Assembly (NCBI GenBank): GCA_019750475.1
Contig: JAIEOO010000003.1
Location: 1-54,660 of the forward strand
From: Acetobacteraceae bacterium
GTDB lineage: Bacteria > Pseudomonadota > Alphaproteobacteria > Acetobacterales > Acetobacteraceae
Direction of reading: 5' to 3'
DNA: 54,660 bases
The first letter of the stretch is position 1, and each line of letters opens with the position of its first letter. Both the position numbers and the translations under genes were made by a program. Shown piece after piece: positions 35,465-43,898 of the stretch. The notes under the pieces are model-generated. The model was not told the DNA's origin. It ran no database searches and saw only the letters and a program-made list of their open reading frames with translations.

Positions 35465-35647
35465 TGCCGCGCCCCGCCGACCTCGGGGCCTGGCGGCGCC
35501 GGCTCCTGCCCCATGCCGCGCGCCCGTCTCCGCGATCCGGACGCCCGGACCGGGCTCGACCGGCGGGGCGTCGCGATGCTGGCGCGCCTCGCGGGGCTTG
35601 GCTCGCGCGCCAACTTCCCCGAAAGCCTGGGCCGATAGGAGACGGCG

Positions 35648-35911
35648 ATGACTTGGTTCACAGGTGTGGTGGTCTACTTCCTCGTCTGGTGGACGGCGCT
35701 GTTCTGCGTGCTTCCCATCGGCGTCCGGCCCGACGCGCAAGGACGGCTGGAGGAGGGCGGCTGGCGCGGCGCGCCGGTGCGGCATCAGCTCGGCTGGAAG
35801 GTCCTGGGGACGACGCTGCTCTCCGGCGTCATCTGGTTCGGCATCTATCTCCTGGTCGAGAGCGAGTGGCTCAGCTTCCGGAGCGAGTGGCTGGCGATTC
35901 CGGATCGCTGA
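35648..35911 (+). CDS. DUF1467 family membrane protein
   Basis: AGGAG RBS; YFLVWWTALFCVLPIGVR; typical position before proS. Confidence 0.85.
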   Translation: MTWFTGVVVYFLVWWTALFCVLPIGVRPDAQGRLEEGGWRGAPVRHQLGWKVLGTTLLSGVIWFGIYLLVESEWLSFRSEWLAIPDR

Positions 35912-35979
35912 TCGTCGCCGGGCGCGGCCGCGGCGCCTGTCCCGCGGCGCCCGCCCCGACGGAACCCGGATTTTTGCAC

Positions 35980-36019
35980 AAAAAAAAGGCGAGAAGGGAT
36001 TGTTTTCGCCCCTCTCGCC
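35980..36019 (-). terminator. Minus-strand Rho-independent terminator with no annotated upstream gene
   Basis: Minus strand reads GGCGAGAGGGG-N10-CCCTTCTCGCC-TTTTTTTT; the stem is fully paired (one G-U) only on this strand. Confidence 0.65.
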
Positions 36020-36081
36020 TCTGATCGGGGCAGTCTTTGCCCCAACGCCTGTTTTTTCGCCGTTGTGACCGTGCTTTCGCG

Positions 36082-36110
36082 TTGAGCGGAAACCCGGGGG
36101 CCGGCATTCT
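36082..36110 (+). promoter_or_regulatory. Sigma70-type promoter of the sRNA
   Basis: TTGAGC-N17-CATTCT, 6 nt before the first hairpin. Confidence 0.6.
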
Positions 36111-36116
36111 CACGAT

Positions 36117-36206
36117 CAGAGAGAGGGTTTCCTCTTTCTGCCGTGTGACTGGCGTTTCCTCCCTAAACTTGGGGCCGATCCTCATGGATCGGCCTTTTCT
36201 TTTTTT
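36117..36206 (+). ncRNA. SuhB/MmgR (alpha-r8)-like small RNA
   Basis: 5' hairpin CAGAGAGAGG-GTTT-CCTCTTTCTG; unpaired anti-SD core GGCGTTTCCTCCCTAAACTTGG (decamer TTTCCTCCCT at 36155-36164); terminator GGCCGATCC-TCAT-GGATCGGCC plus T tract. Confidence 0.78.
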
Positions 36207-36253
36207 AAACCATTGCTCTGCCGGTCCGCAAGACATTTTCCAGCAACAAACTC

Positions 36254-36277
36254 ATTGTGCGACGCAATATGATTGCG
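36254..36277. promoter_or_regulatory. Candidate PhaR/AniA-type box with an overlapping second dyad
   Basis: TGC-GAC-GCA (36258-36266) and CGCAAT-ATG-ATTGCG (36263-36277) in AT-rich DNA. Confidence 0.4.
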
Positions 36278-36368
36278 CCGATGTCAGGCACGGCCCGCCG
36301 CCCCTCGCCGCCATCGCCGCGCTTCGTTAGGGTGCGCCGCCTTTCTCTCAGCCCCGGGGATTTCGACG

Positions 36369-37682
36369 TTGCGCCTGTCCCGTGCCTTCCTGCCCACCCT
36401 CAAGGAAACCCCCGCCGAGGCGCAGATCGTCTCGCACCGGCTGATGCTGCGGGCCGGCCTCATCCGTCAGACCTCGGCCGGCATCTATGCCTGGCTGCCG
36501 GCCGGATGGCGCGTCCTCCAGCGCGTGTCCCAGATCGTCCGCGAGGAGCAGGACCGCGCCGGCGCCCAGGAAATCCTGATGCCGACCATCCAGAGCGCCG
36601 AGCTGTGGGAGCGATCGGGCCGCTACGGCGCCTACGGGCCCGAGATGCTGCGCCTCAAGGACCGGCACGAGCGCGACATGCTCTTCGGCCCCACCAACGA
36701 GGAGATGGTGACCGACATCTTCCGGTCCTACGTCTCCAGCTACCGCGACCTGCCGCGCAACCTCTACCACATCCAGTGGAAGTTCCGGGACGAGGTGCGT
36801 CCCCGCTTCGGCGTGATGCGCGGCCGCGAATTCCTGATGAAGGACGCCTATTCCTTCGACCTCGACGCCGAAGGGGCGCGGCATTCCTACCGCCAGATGA
36901 TGTACGCCTATCTCCGCACCTTCGAGCGGATGGGGCTGAAGGCCCTGCCCATGCGCGCCGACACCGGGCCCATCGGCGGCAACCTCTCGCACGAGTTCAT
37001 CATCCTCGCCGAGACGGGCGAGAGCACCGTCTTCTACGATTCCGAGCTCGAGCAGATCGACTGGGCGGGCTCCGCCTTCGACTTCGACAGCCGCGAGGAC
37101 ATGCAGGCATGCTTCGACCTCGCCACCTCCCGCTACGCCGCCACGGACGAGATGCATGACGAGGCCGCCTGGGCCGCGGTGCCCGAGGCGCGGCGCCGCG
37201 AAGGGAAGGGGATCGAGGTCGGGCACATCTTCTACTTCGGCCAGAAATACTCGAAGCCGCTGGAGCTGCGCGTCGCCGGCCCCGACGGCAGCCAGGTGAT
37301 CCCCGAGATGGGCAGCTACGGCATCGGCGTCTCCCGCCTCGTCGCCGCCATCATCGAGGCGAGCCACGACGAGGCCGGCATCAAGTGGCCGGACAGCGTG
37401 GCGCCCTGGAAGGCCGCCATCCTCAACCTCCGCGTCGGCGATGCCGCCTGCGACGCACTGTGCGAGCAGCTTCACGCCGCCCTGCCGGACGAGGCCGTCC
37501 ATGACGACCGCAACGAGCGCGCGGGCGCGAAATTCGCCGATGCCGACCTCATGGGCTTCCCCTGGCAGGCGATCGTCGGCCCGCGCGGCGCCGCCGCCGG
37601 CCGGGTGGAGCTGAAGCGCCGCATGACCGGCGAGCGCCAGGAGGTCAGCCTCGAGGACGCCATCGCGCGCATCCGCGGCTGA
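36369..37682 (+). CDS. proS: Proline--tRNA ligase (short alphaproteobacterial type)
   Basis: TTG start [13 protein letters not shown]; [50 protein letters not shown]. Confidence 0.97.
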   Translation: MRLSRAFLPTLKETPAEAQIVSHRLMLRAGLIRQTSAGIYAWLPAGWRVLQRVSQIVREEQDRAGAQEILMPTIQSAELWERSGRYGAYGPEMLRLKDRHERDMLFGPTNEEMVTDIFRSYVSSYRDLPRNLYHIQWKFRDEVRPRFGVMRGREFLMKDAYSFDLDAEGARHSYRQMMYAYLRTFERMGLKALPMRADTGPIGGNLSHEFIILAETGESTVFYDSELEQIDWAGSAFDFDSREDMQACFDLATSRYAATDEMHDEAAWAAVPEARRREGKGIEVGHIFYFGQKYSKPLELRVAGPDGSQVIPEMGSYGIGVSRLVAAIIEASHDEAGIKWPDSVAPWKAAILNLRVGDAACDALCEQLHAALPDEAVHDDRNERAGAKFADADLMGFPWQAIVGPRGAAAGRVELKRRMTGERQEVSLEDAIARIRG

Positions 37683-37725
37683 TGTCAGCAGCCAAGCCGG
37701 GGCTTGCCGCGTTGGGGGAGCCGTG

Positions 37726-38979
37726 ATGTTCAACGCCTTCGAGCGCGCCGTCGCTGGCCGCTACCTGCGCGCCCGCAAGGGCGAGCGCTTCGTCTCCATC
37801 ATCGCAATCTTCTCCCTCGTCGGCATCGCCCTCGGGGTCGCGACGCTCATCATCGTCATGTCGGTGATGGGCGGCTTCCGGCAGGAGCTGCTGGGGCGCA
37901 TCCTCGGCCTCAACGGCCATCTCGGGATCTACGCGGCCGACCGCGGCAACATCCGCGACTTCGACGCCATCGCTTCGCGCATCCGCTCCGTGCCCGGCGT
38001 CGTCTCCGCGACGCCGATCGTCGAGGGCCAGGTGCTGCTGACCTCCGAGGCGGGCGGCGCGACGGGCGGCCTCGCCCGCGGCATCCGGCCGGAGGATCTG
38101 AAGGCGCGGCCGATCATCGCCGGCAACATCCGCGCCGGCTCCCTCGACCGGTTCGAGGGCGATGACGTGGTCGCCATCGGCACGCGCCTCGCCTTCCGGC
38201 TCGGGCTGAACATCGGGGACCGGATCACCGTGGTCTCGCCGCAGGGCCGCGCCACGGTCATCGGCACCATCCCGCGCCTGCGCTCCTATCAGGTCGTCGC
38301 CCTCTTCGAAGTCGGCATGAACGAGTACGATTCGTCCTACGTGTTCATGCCGCTGCCGGCGGCGCAGCTCTATTTCCAGACGACGCCCGAGGCGGTGTCC
38401 CAGGTGGAGGTCTTCGTCGCCGACCCGACGCGGGTGCGCGCCGTGACGCGCGAGATCCGCGGCGCGCTGAACCAGCCGGTCCGCGTGGTGGACTGGCAGG
38501 ACGCCAATTCCTCCTTCTTCGCGGCGGTTCAGGTCGAGCGGAACGTGATGTTCCTGATCCTGACGCTGATCATCATCGTGGCCGCCTTCAACATCGTCAG
38601 CTCGCTGATCATGCTGGTGAAGGACAAGGGGCGGGACATCGCGGTGCTGCGCACCATGGGGGCGACGCGCGGCGCCATCCTGCGCATCTTCCTGCTCTGC
38701 GGCGCGAGCGTGGGCGTGATGGGGACGGTGATCGGCTTCGGGCTCGGCGTCGTCTTCTGCCTGAACATCGAGAGCATCCGGCAGTTCGTGCAATGGGTGC
38801 TGGGGACGGAGCTGTTCTCGGCCGAGATCTACTTCCTCACGCAGCTGCCCGCCGTGCTGAACTGGAATGAGGTCGGGCAGGTGGTGGGGCTGGCGCTCGG
38901 GCTTTCCTTGCTGGCGACCATCTATCCGGCGTGGAGAGCTGCGGCGACCGACCCGGTGGAGATGCTGCGCAATGAGTAG
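37726..38979 (+). CDS. lolE: Lipoprotein-releasing ABC transporter permease (LolC/LolE family)
   Basis: GIALGVATLIIVMSVMGGF, VAAFNIVSSLIMLVKDK, IAVLRTMGA, YPAWRAA..DPVE.LR.E. Confidence 0.94.
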   Translation: MFNAFERAVAGRYLRARKGERFVSIIAIFSLVGIALGVATLIIVMSVMGGFRQELLGRILGLNGHLGIYAADRGNIRDFDAIASRIRSVPGVVSATPIVEGQVLLTSEAGGATGGLARGIRPEDLKARPIIAGNIRAGSLDRFEGDDVVAIGTRLAFRLGLNIGDRITVVSPQGRATVIGTIPRLRSYQVVALFEVGMNEYDSSYVFMPLPAAQLYFQTTPEAVSQVEVFVADPTRVRAVTREIRGALNQPVRVVDWQDANSSFFAAVQVERNVMFLILTLIIIVAAFNIVSSLIMLVKDKGRDIAVLRTMGATRGAILRIFLLCGASVGVMGTVIGFGLGVVFCLNIESIRQFVQWVLGTELFSAEIYFLTQLPAVLNWNEVGQVVGLALGLSLLATIYPAWRAAATDPVEMLRNE

Positions 38980-39074
38980 GCCAGACGCCGCCGCCCGCCA
39001 CGCTGCTGCCCCGCATGCCTCTGGCATGACGCGGGCGGCCGCGACCGACCCGGTGGAGATGCTGCGCCATGAGT
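38944..39074 (+). repeat. Direct repeat of the lolE 3' end / lolD start (34 bp, 97-bp period)
   Basis: GCGACCGACCCGGTGGAGATGCTGCGC(A/C)ATGAGT at 38944-38977 and 39041-39074, one mismatch. Confidence 0.92.
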
Positions 39075-39746
39075 GACCCGCTCGTCCTGCACGCCGTCGA
39101 GCGGCGCTTCCGCACCGAGGCGGGGGAGCTGCCGATCCTGCGCGGCGCGGAGTTGACGCTGGCGGCGGGTGAGATCGTCGCCCTCGTCGCGCCCTCGGGC
39201 ACGGGGAAGTCCACGCTGCTGCACCTCGCCGGCCTGCTGGAGCGCCCCGATGGCGGGGAGGTGGTGGTGGAAGGACGCCCCGCCGGGACGCTGTCCGACG
39301 ACGCGCGGACCGCGATCCGCCGCGGCACCATCGGCTTCGTGTACCAGTTCCACCACCTGCTGCCGGAGTTCACGGCCGAGGAGAACGTGGTGCTGCCGCA
39401 GATGGCGGCGGGCGTCCCGCGCGCCCAGGCCAAGGCGCGCGCCGACGAGTTGCTGGGGCTGTTCGGCCTCGCGGGTCGCACGCATCACCGCCCCGGGCGG
39501 CTCTCGGGCGGGGAGCAGCAGCGCGTCGCCATCGCCCGGGCGCTGGCCAACAGCCCGCGCGTGCTGCTGGCCGACGAGCCCACCGGCAACCTCGACGCCG
39601 GCACCAGCGACACGGTCTTCAACGAGCTGCTGGCCGAGGCGCGGAACCGCGGCCTCGCCGCGCTGATCGCGACCCACAACCCGGACCTCGCCCGGCGGAT
39701 GGACCGCGTGGTGACGCTCAAGGACGGGAAGATCGTATCGGCTTGA
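39069..39746 (+). CDS. lolD: Lipoprotein-releasing ABC transporter ATP-binding protein
   Basis: [22 protein letters not shown] (LolD motif), [18 protein letters not shown]. Confidence 0.95.
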   Translation: MSDPLVLHAVERRFRTEAGELPILRGAELTLAAGEIVALVAPSGTGKSTLLHLAGLLERPDGGEVVVEGRPAGTLSDDARTAIRRGTIGFVYQFHHLLPEFTAEENVVLPQMAAGVPRAQAKARADELLGLFGLAGRTHHRPGRLSGGEQQRVAIARALANSPRVLLADEPTGNLDAGTSDTVFNELLAEARNRGLAALIATHNPDLARRMDRVVTLKDGKIVSA

Positions 39747-40225
39747 GCCTCTACCCGCACGCCTTCGAGGGCGCGCTGCAGCGCCACGGCGTCGGGCGCG
39801 ACCGGAAGGTCTGGTACGCCGTGCTGTTCCTGCCGCCGGCGCTCGCGGCCGAGCTGCCCTTCGACCGCTTCCCCCGCCTTCGCGTCGAGGGGGAGATCGC
39901 GGACCAGCCCGTGTCCGGCGCCTGGATGCCGGTGGGCGACGGGCGCCGCTACTTCATCGTCTCGCCCGAGGTCCGGAAGGCCGCTGGCGCCGGTCTCGGC
40001 GCGGTGCTGGAGATGCGCTTCCGCGTCGCGGACCAGGACGCCGTCGAAGTGCCCGAGGCCCTGGTGCGGGAGCTGGAGCGCCGGCCGGACCTCCGCGCCC
40101 GCTGGGACGCCCTGACGCCGGGCCGCCGGCGCGGCCTCGCCCATCTCGTGCGCGGCGCCAGGACCGAGCCGACGCGCCAGCGCCGCGTGGCGGAGGTGGT
40201 CGCCGCGATCCTGGACGGCCGCTGA
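39743..40225 (+). CDS. DUF1905 / YdeI-OmpD-associated (OmdA) family protein
   Basis: TTGA overlap with lolD stop; RLRVEGEI N-domain; VPEAL...[10 protein letters not shown]...[11 protein letters not shown]-domain. Confidence 0.8.
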   Translation: MSLYPHAFEGALQRHGVGRDRKVWYAVLFLPPALAAELPFDRFPRLRVEGEIADQPVSGAWMPVGDGRRYFIVSPEVRKAAGAGLGAVLEMRFRVADQDAVEVPEALVRELERRPDLRARWDALTPGRRRGLAHLVRGARTEPTRQRRVAEVVAAILDGR

Positions 40226-40289
40226 CCCCGCCTCGACACGCGCGCCCGCCCGCGCCACCTTCCGGGCCAACCGCTTCGGAGGAACCCCC

Positions 40290-41729
40290 ATGGCCAACTA
40301 CCAGAACACCCTGCTGCACATCGCCGGCGAATGGCGCGGCGGCGAGGGCGGGCGCGTCATCGACGTGCTGAACCCCGCCAATGAGGAGGTCATCGGCACC
40401 GTCGCCCACGCCTCCCGCGCCGATCTCGACGCGGCGCTGGCGGCCGCGGAGCGCGGCTTCGCGGCCTGGAAGAAGGTCAGCCCCTATGAGCGCAGCAAGA
40501 CCATGCGCAAGGCGGCCGACCTGCTGCGCGCCCGCGCCGACGCCATCGCGCAGCTCATGACGCTGGAACAGGGCAAGCCCCTGCCCGAGGCCAAGGTCGA
40601 GGTGATCGCGGCCGGCGACATCATCGAGTGGTTCGCCGAGGAATCGCGCCGCACCTACGGCCAGGTCATCCCGGCGCGCGGCGCCGGCATCTACCAGCTC
40701 GCCATCAAGGAGCCGGTGGGCCCCGTCGCCGCCTTCACGCCCTGGAACTTCCCGATCAACCAGGTGGTCCGCAAGCTCTCGGCGGCGCTCGCGGCCGGCT
40801 GCTCCATCATCGTCAAGGCGCCGGAGGAGACGCCGGCCTCGCCGGCCGAGCTGATCCGCTGCTTCCTCGATGCCGGCGTGCCGGGCGACGTGATCGGCCT
40901 CGTCTACGGCGTGCCGTCGGAGATCTCCTCCTACCTCATCGCCCATCCGACGATCCGCAAGGTGACCTTCACGGGCAGCACCCCGGTCGGGAAGATGCTC
41001 GCCGCCATGGCCGGGCAGCACATGAAGCGCGTCACGATGGAGCTGGGCGGCCATGCCCCGGCGATGGTGTTCGACGACGCCGATGTGGAGCACGCGGCCA
41101 AGACCCTGGCGTTCGCGAAGTTCCGCAACGCCGGCCAGGTCTGCGTCAGCCCGACGCGCTTCCTGGTGCAGGAGAAGGTCTATGATCGCTTCGTCTCGGC
41201 CTTCGTCGGCCACGCCAAGGCGGTGAAGGTGGGCGACGGCATGGCCGCCGACACCACCATGGGCCCCATGGCGAACGAGCGCCGCGTGCCGGTGATGGAG
41301 ACGCTGATCGCCGACGCGCGCGCCAAGGGCGCGGAGGTCGTCACCGGCGGCAACCGCATCGGCAACAAGGGCTATTTCTTCGAGCCGACGGTGGTCGCGG
41401 GCGCCACCACCGACATGCGCGCCATGAACGAGGAGCCCTTCGGCCCCGTCGCCCTCATGCGCCCCTTCAAGGACCTCGACGACGTGGTGAGCGAGGCGAA
41501 CCGTCTGCCCTACGGCCTCGCCAGCTACGCCTTCACCACCTCGGGCAAGACGGCGCAGGCGCTGGCCGCCGGGGTGGAGGTCGGCATGATGACGATCAAC
41601 CATCTCGGCCTCGCCCTGCCGGAAGTGCCCTTCGGCGGGGTGCGCGACAGCGGCTACGGCACCGAGGGCGGCTCCGAGGCGATCGAGGCCTATCTGAACA
41701 CGAAGTTCGTCTCCCAGGCCGGGCTCTGA
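40290..41729 (+). CDS. NAD(P)-dependent aldehyde dehydrogenase (succinate- or 2-oxoglutarate-semialdehyde dehydrogenase type)
   Basis: GGAGG RBS; [38 protein letters not shown]. Confidence 0.92.
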   Translation: MANYQNTLLHIAGEWRGGEGGRVIDVLNPANEEVIGTVAHASRADLDAALAAAERGFAAWKKVSPYERSKTMRKAADLLRARADAIAQLMTLEQGKPLPEAKVEVIAAGDIIEWFAEESRRTYGQVIPARGAGIYQLAIKEPVGPVAAFTPWNFPINQVVRKLSAALAAGCSIIVKAPEETPASPAELIRCFLDAGVPGDVIGLVYGVPSEISSYLIAHPTIRKVTFTGSTPVGKMLAAMAGQHMKRVTMELGGHAPAMVFDDADVEHAAKTLAFAKFRNAGQVCVSPTRFLVQEKVYDRFVSAFVGHAKAVKVGDGMAADTTMGPMANERRVPVMETLIADARAKGAEVVTGGNRIGNKGYFFEPTVVAGATTDMRAMNEEPFGPVALMRPFKDLDDVVSEANRLPYGLASYAFTTSGKTAQALAAGVEVGMMTINHLGLALPEVPFGGVRDSGYGTEGGSEAIEAYLNTKFVSQAGL

Positions 41730-41828
41730 TCCGGCCGGGCGCGGCGCCTCGGTGCGCGGCGGATCCACGCCCTCGCCGGGGCGGCCCTCCGCTAGCCACG
41801 GCGTCGCGCCCGCGCTTCACTGGGGCTC

Positions 41829-43898
41829 ATGAACGGGCCCATCCGGGCCGCCGTGGATATCGGCGGCACCTTCACGGACATCCACTGCCTCGACGCGCGC
41901 GACGGCGCCGTCCATGCCTGGAAGACGCCGACGACGCCCGAGGATCCCTCCATCGGGCTGCTGACCGGCCTGACCGAGGCCGCGGCGCGCTTCGGCTTCG
42001 CCCTCTCCGACATTGGCCTGCTGCTGCACGGCACGACCATCGCCACCAACGCGGTGCTGGAGCGCAAGCTCGCGAGCGGCGCGCTGCTGACGACGGCGGG
42101 CTTCGAGGACGTGCTGGAGATCACGCGCCACGTCCGGCGCGACATCTACGGCCTCGCGCCCGATCCCTTTCCCTGCCTGATCGAGCGCGACCGGCGCCTC
42201 GGCGTGCCCGAGCGCATGCGCGCCGACGGCACCGCCGAGCGCGCGCTGGACGTCGCGGCGCTCGGCCCCGTGCTGGACAGGCTGCGCGCGCTGGAACCCG
42301 AGGCCGTGGCGATCGGCCTGCTGCACGCCTACGCCAATCCCGCGCATGAACGGCGGCTCGCCGATGCGGTGCGCGCGGCGCTGCCCGGCGTGCCGGTCTG
42401 CCTCTCCTCCGCGATCAGCCCGGAGATCCGGGAATACGAGCGCCTCTCGACCACGGTGCTGAACGCCCTGCTGATGCCGGTCGTCGGGCGCTATCTCGCG
42501 CGGCTGGAGGCGCGGCTCGGCGATGGCGGCTTCGCGCCGCGCATCGTGCTGGTGCAGTCGAATGGCGGCACCTGCTCGCTGCGGATGGCGGCGGAGCAGC
42601 CGGCGCGGCTGCTGCTCTCCGGCCCCTCGGGCGGGGCGATGGCGGCGGAGCGGTTGTCGCGGCTGCTGGAGAAGCCCAACCTCGTCGCCGTGGACATGGG
42701 CGGCACCTCCTTCGATGTCAGCGTGGTGCAGGGCGGGCGGATCGGGCTCGTCACCCAGGGGGAGGTCGGCGGGCTGCCGGTGCGGCTGCCCATGGTGGAG
42801 ATGCGCACCATCGGCGCGGGCGGCGGCTCCATCGCCGCGGTGGATGCCTCCGGCCGGCTGACGGTGGGGCCGCGCAGCACCGGCGCGCGCCCCGGCCCGG
42901 TCAGCTACCGCCGCGGCGGCGTCGAGCCGACGGTGACCGACGCCAACGCCGTGCTCGGCTATCTCGATCCCGGCTTCTTCCTCGGGGGCGCCATGCCGCT
43001 CGACGTCAACGGGGCGAAGGCCGCGATGGTCGCGCGCGTCGGCGGCGCGCTCGGCCTCGATGCCGAGGGCGCGGCGCGCGGCATCCTGGCCGTGACCAAC
43101 GCGGCGCTGGCGGCCGCCGTGCGCCTGTCCCTCTTCGAGAAGGGGCTGGACCCGCGCGACTTCGCCCTCCTCTCCTTCGGCGGCGCGGGCGGGTTGCAGG
43201 CCTGCGCCGTCGCGGAGGAGCTGGGCATCGGGGAGGTGGTGATCCCGCGCAACCCGGGCACGCTCTCGGCCTACGGGATCCTCTTCGCCGACCTGGTGCA
43301 GGATCTCTCGCGCTCGCGGCTGCTGCCGGCCGTGGAGGCGTCGGTGGCCGAGGCGATGGGGGTGCTGGACGCGCTCCGGGCCGAGGGCGAGGCCTCGCTC
43401 GCCGCCGATGGCGTGGCCGAAGCCGACCGCGCCTTCGAGGCGGCGGCCGACCTGCGCTACAAGGGCCAGGCCTTCGAGCTGCTGGTGCCCTGGCCCGAAG
43501 CGAGAGTCGCTGGGGCGGCGATTCACGCCGCCGGCCATGCGGCCGGCGGCGATCGCGGCCCACTGGCACCCTTGCTCGCTCGCTTCCACGAGATGCACCG
43601 CGCCCGCTTCTCCTACGCCGAGGCGCACGCGCCGGTGGAGATCGTGACGCTGCGGCTCTCCGCCATCGGCCGCCTGCCCAAGCCGGCGGTGGCGACGGAC
43701 GCGGCGCCGGCCGGTGAGCCGGTGAAGGGGCGCCGCGCGGTCGCGGGGGCCGAGTGGCCGGTGCTGGACCGCGACGCGCTGACCGCGGCGGAAGGCCCCG
43801 CGATCATCGAGGAAGCCTTCTCCACCCACCTGCTGCCACCCGGCTGGGCCTGCACCCTGGGCGCCGAGGGCGCGCTGATCCTGCGGAGGGCCGCGTGA
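41829..43898 (+). CDS. Hydantoinase A / 5-oxoprolinase ATP-binding subunit
   Basis: VDIGGTFTD, HGTTIATNA, LSGPSGG, DMGGTSFD, GAGGGSIA, PTVTDA, FGGAGG. Confidence 0.93.
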   Translation: MNGPIRAAVDIGGTFTDIHCLDARDGAVHAWKTPTTPEDPSIGLLTGLTEAAARFGFALSDIGLLLHGTTIATNAVLERKLASGALLTTAGFEDVLEITRHVRRDIYGLAPDPFPCLIERDRRLGVPERMRADGTAERALDVAALGPVLDRLRALEPEAVAIGLLHAYANPAHERRLADAVRAALPGVPVCLSSAISPEIREYERLSTTVLNALLMPVVGRYLARLEARLGDGGFAPRIVLVQSNGGTCSLRMAAEQPARLLLSGPSGGAMAAERLSRLLEKPNLVAVDMGGTSFDVSVVQGGRIGLVTQGEVGGLPVRLPMVEMRTIGAGGGSIAAVDASGRLTVGPRSTGARPGPVSYRRGGVEPTVTDANAVLGYLDPGFFLGGAMPLDVNGAKAAMVARVGGALGLDAEGAARGILAVTNAALAAAVRLSLFEKGLDPRDFALLSFGGAGGLQACAVAEELGIGEVVIPRNPGTLSAYGILFADLVQDLSRSRLLPAVEASVAEAMGVLDALRAEGEASLAADGVAEADRAFEAAADLRYKGQAFELLVPWPEARVAGAAIHAAGHAAGGDRGPLAPLLARFHEMHRARFSYAEAHAPVEIVTLRLSAIGRLPKPAVATDAAPAGEPVKGRRAVAGAEWPVLDRDALTAAEGPAIIEEAFSTHLLPPGWACTLGAEGALILRRAA

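Noticed and set aside
35871-36236. 121-aa minus-strand ORF over the sRNA locus, or a type I toxin antisense to the sRNA
   Set aside because: It runs through both terminators, has no family motif or hydrophobic helix, and the minus-strand AGGGAGG has no start codon at a suitable distance
32262-37682. BirA lacking an HTH and ProRS lacking the full editing insertion
   Set aside because: Both are the normal alphaproteobacterial forms
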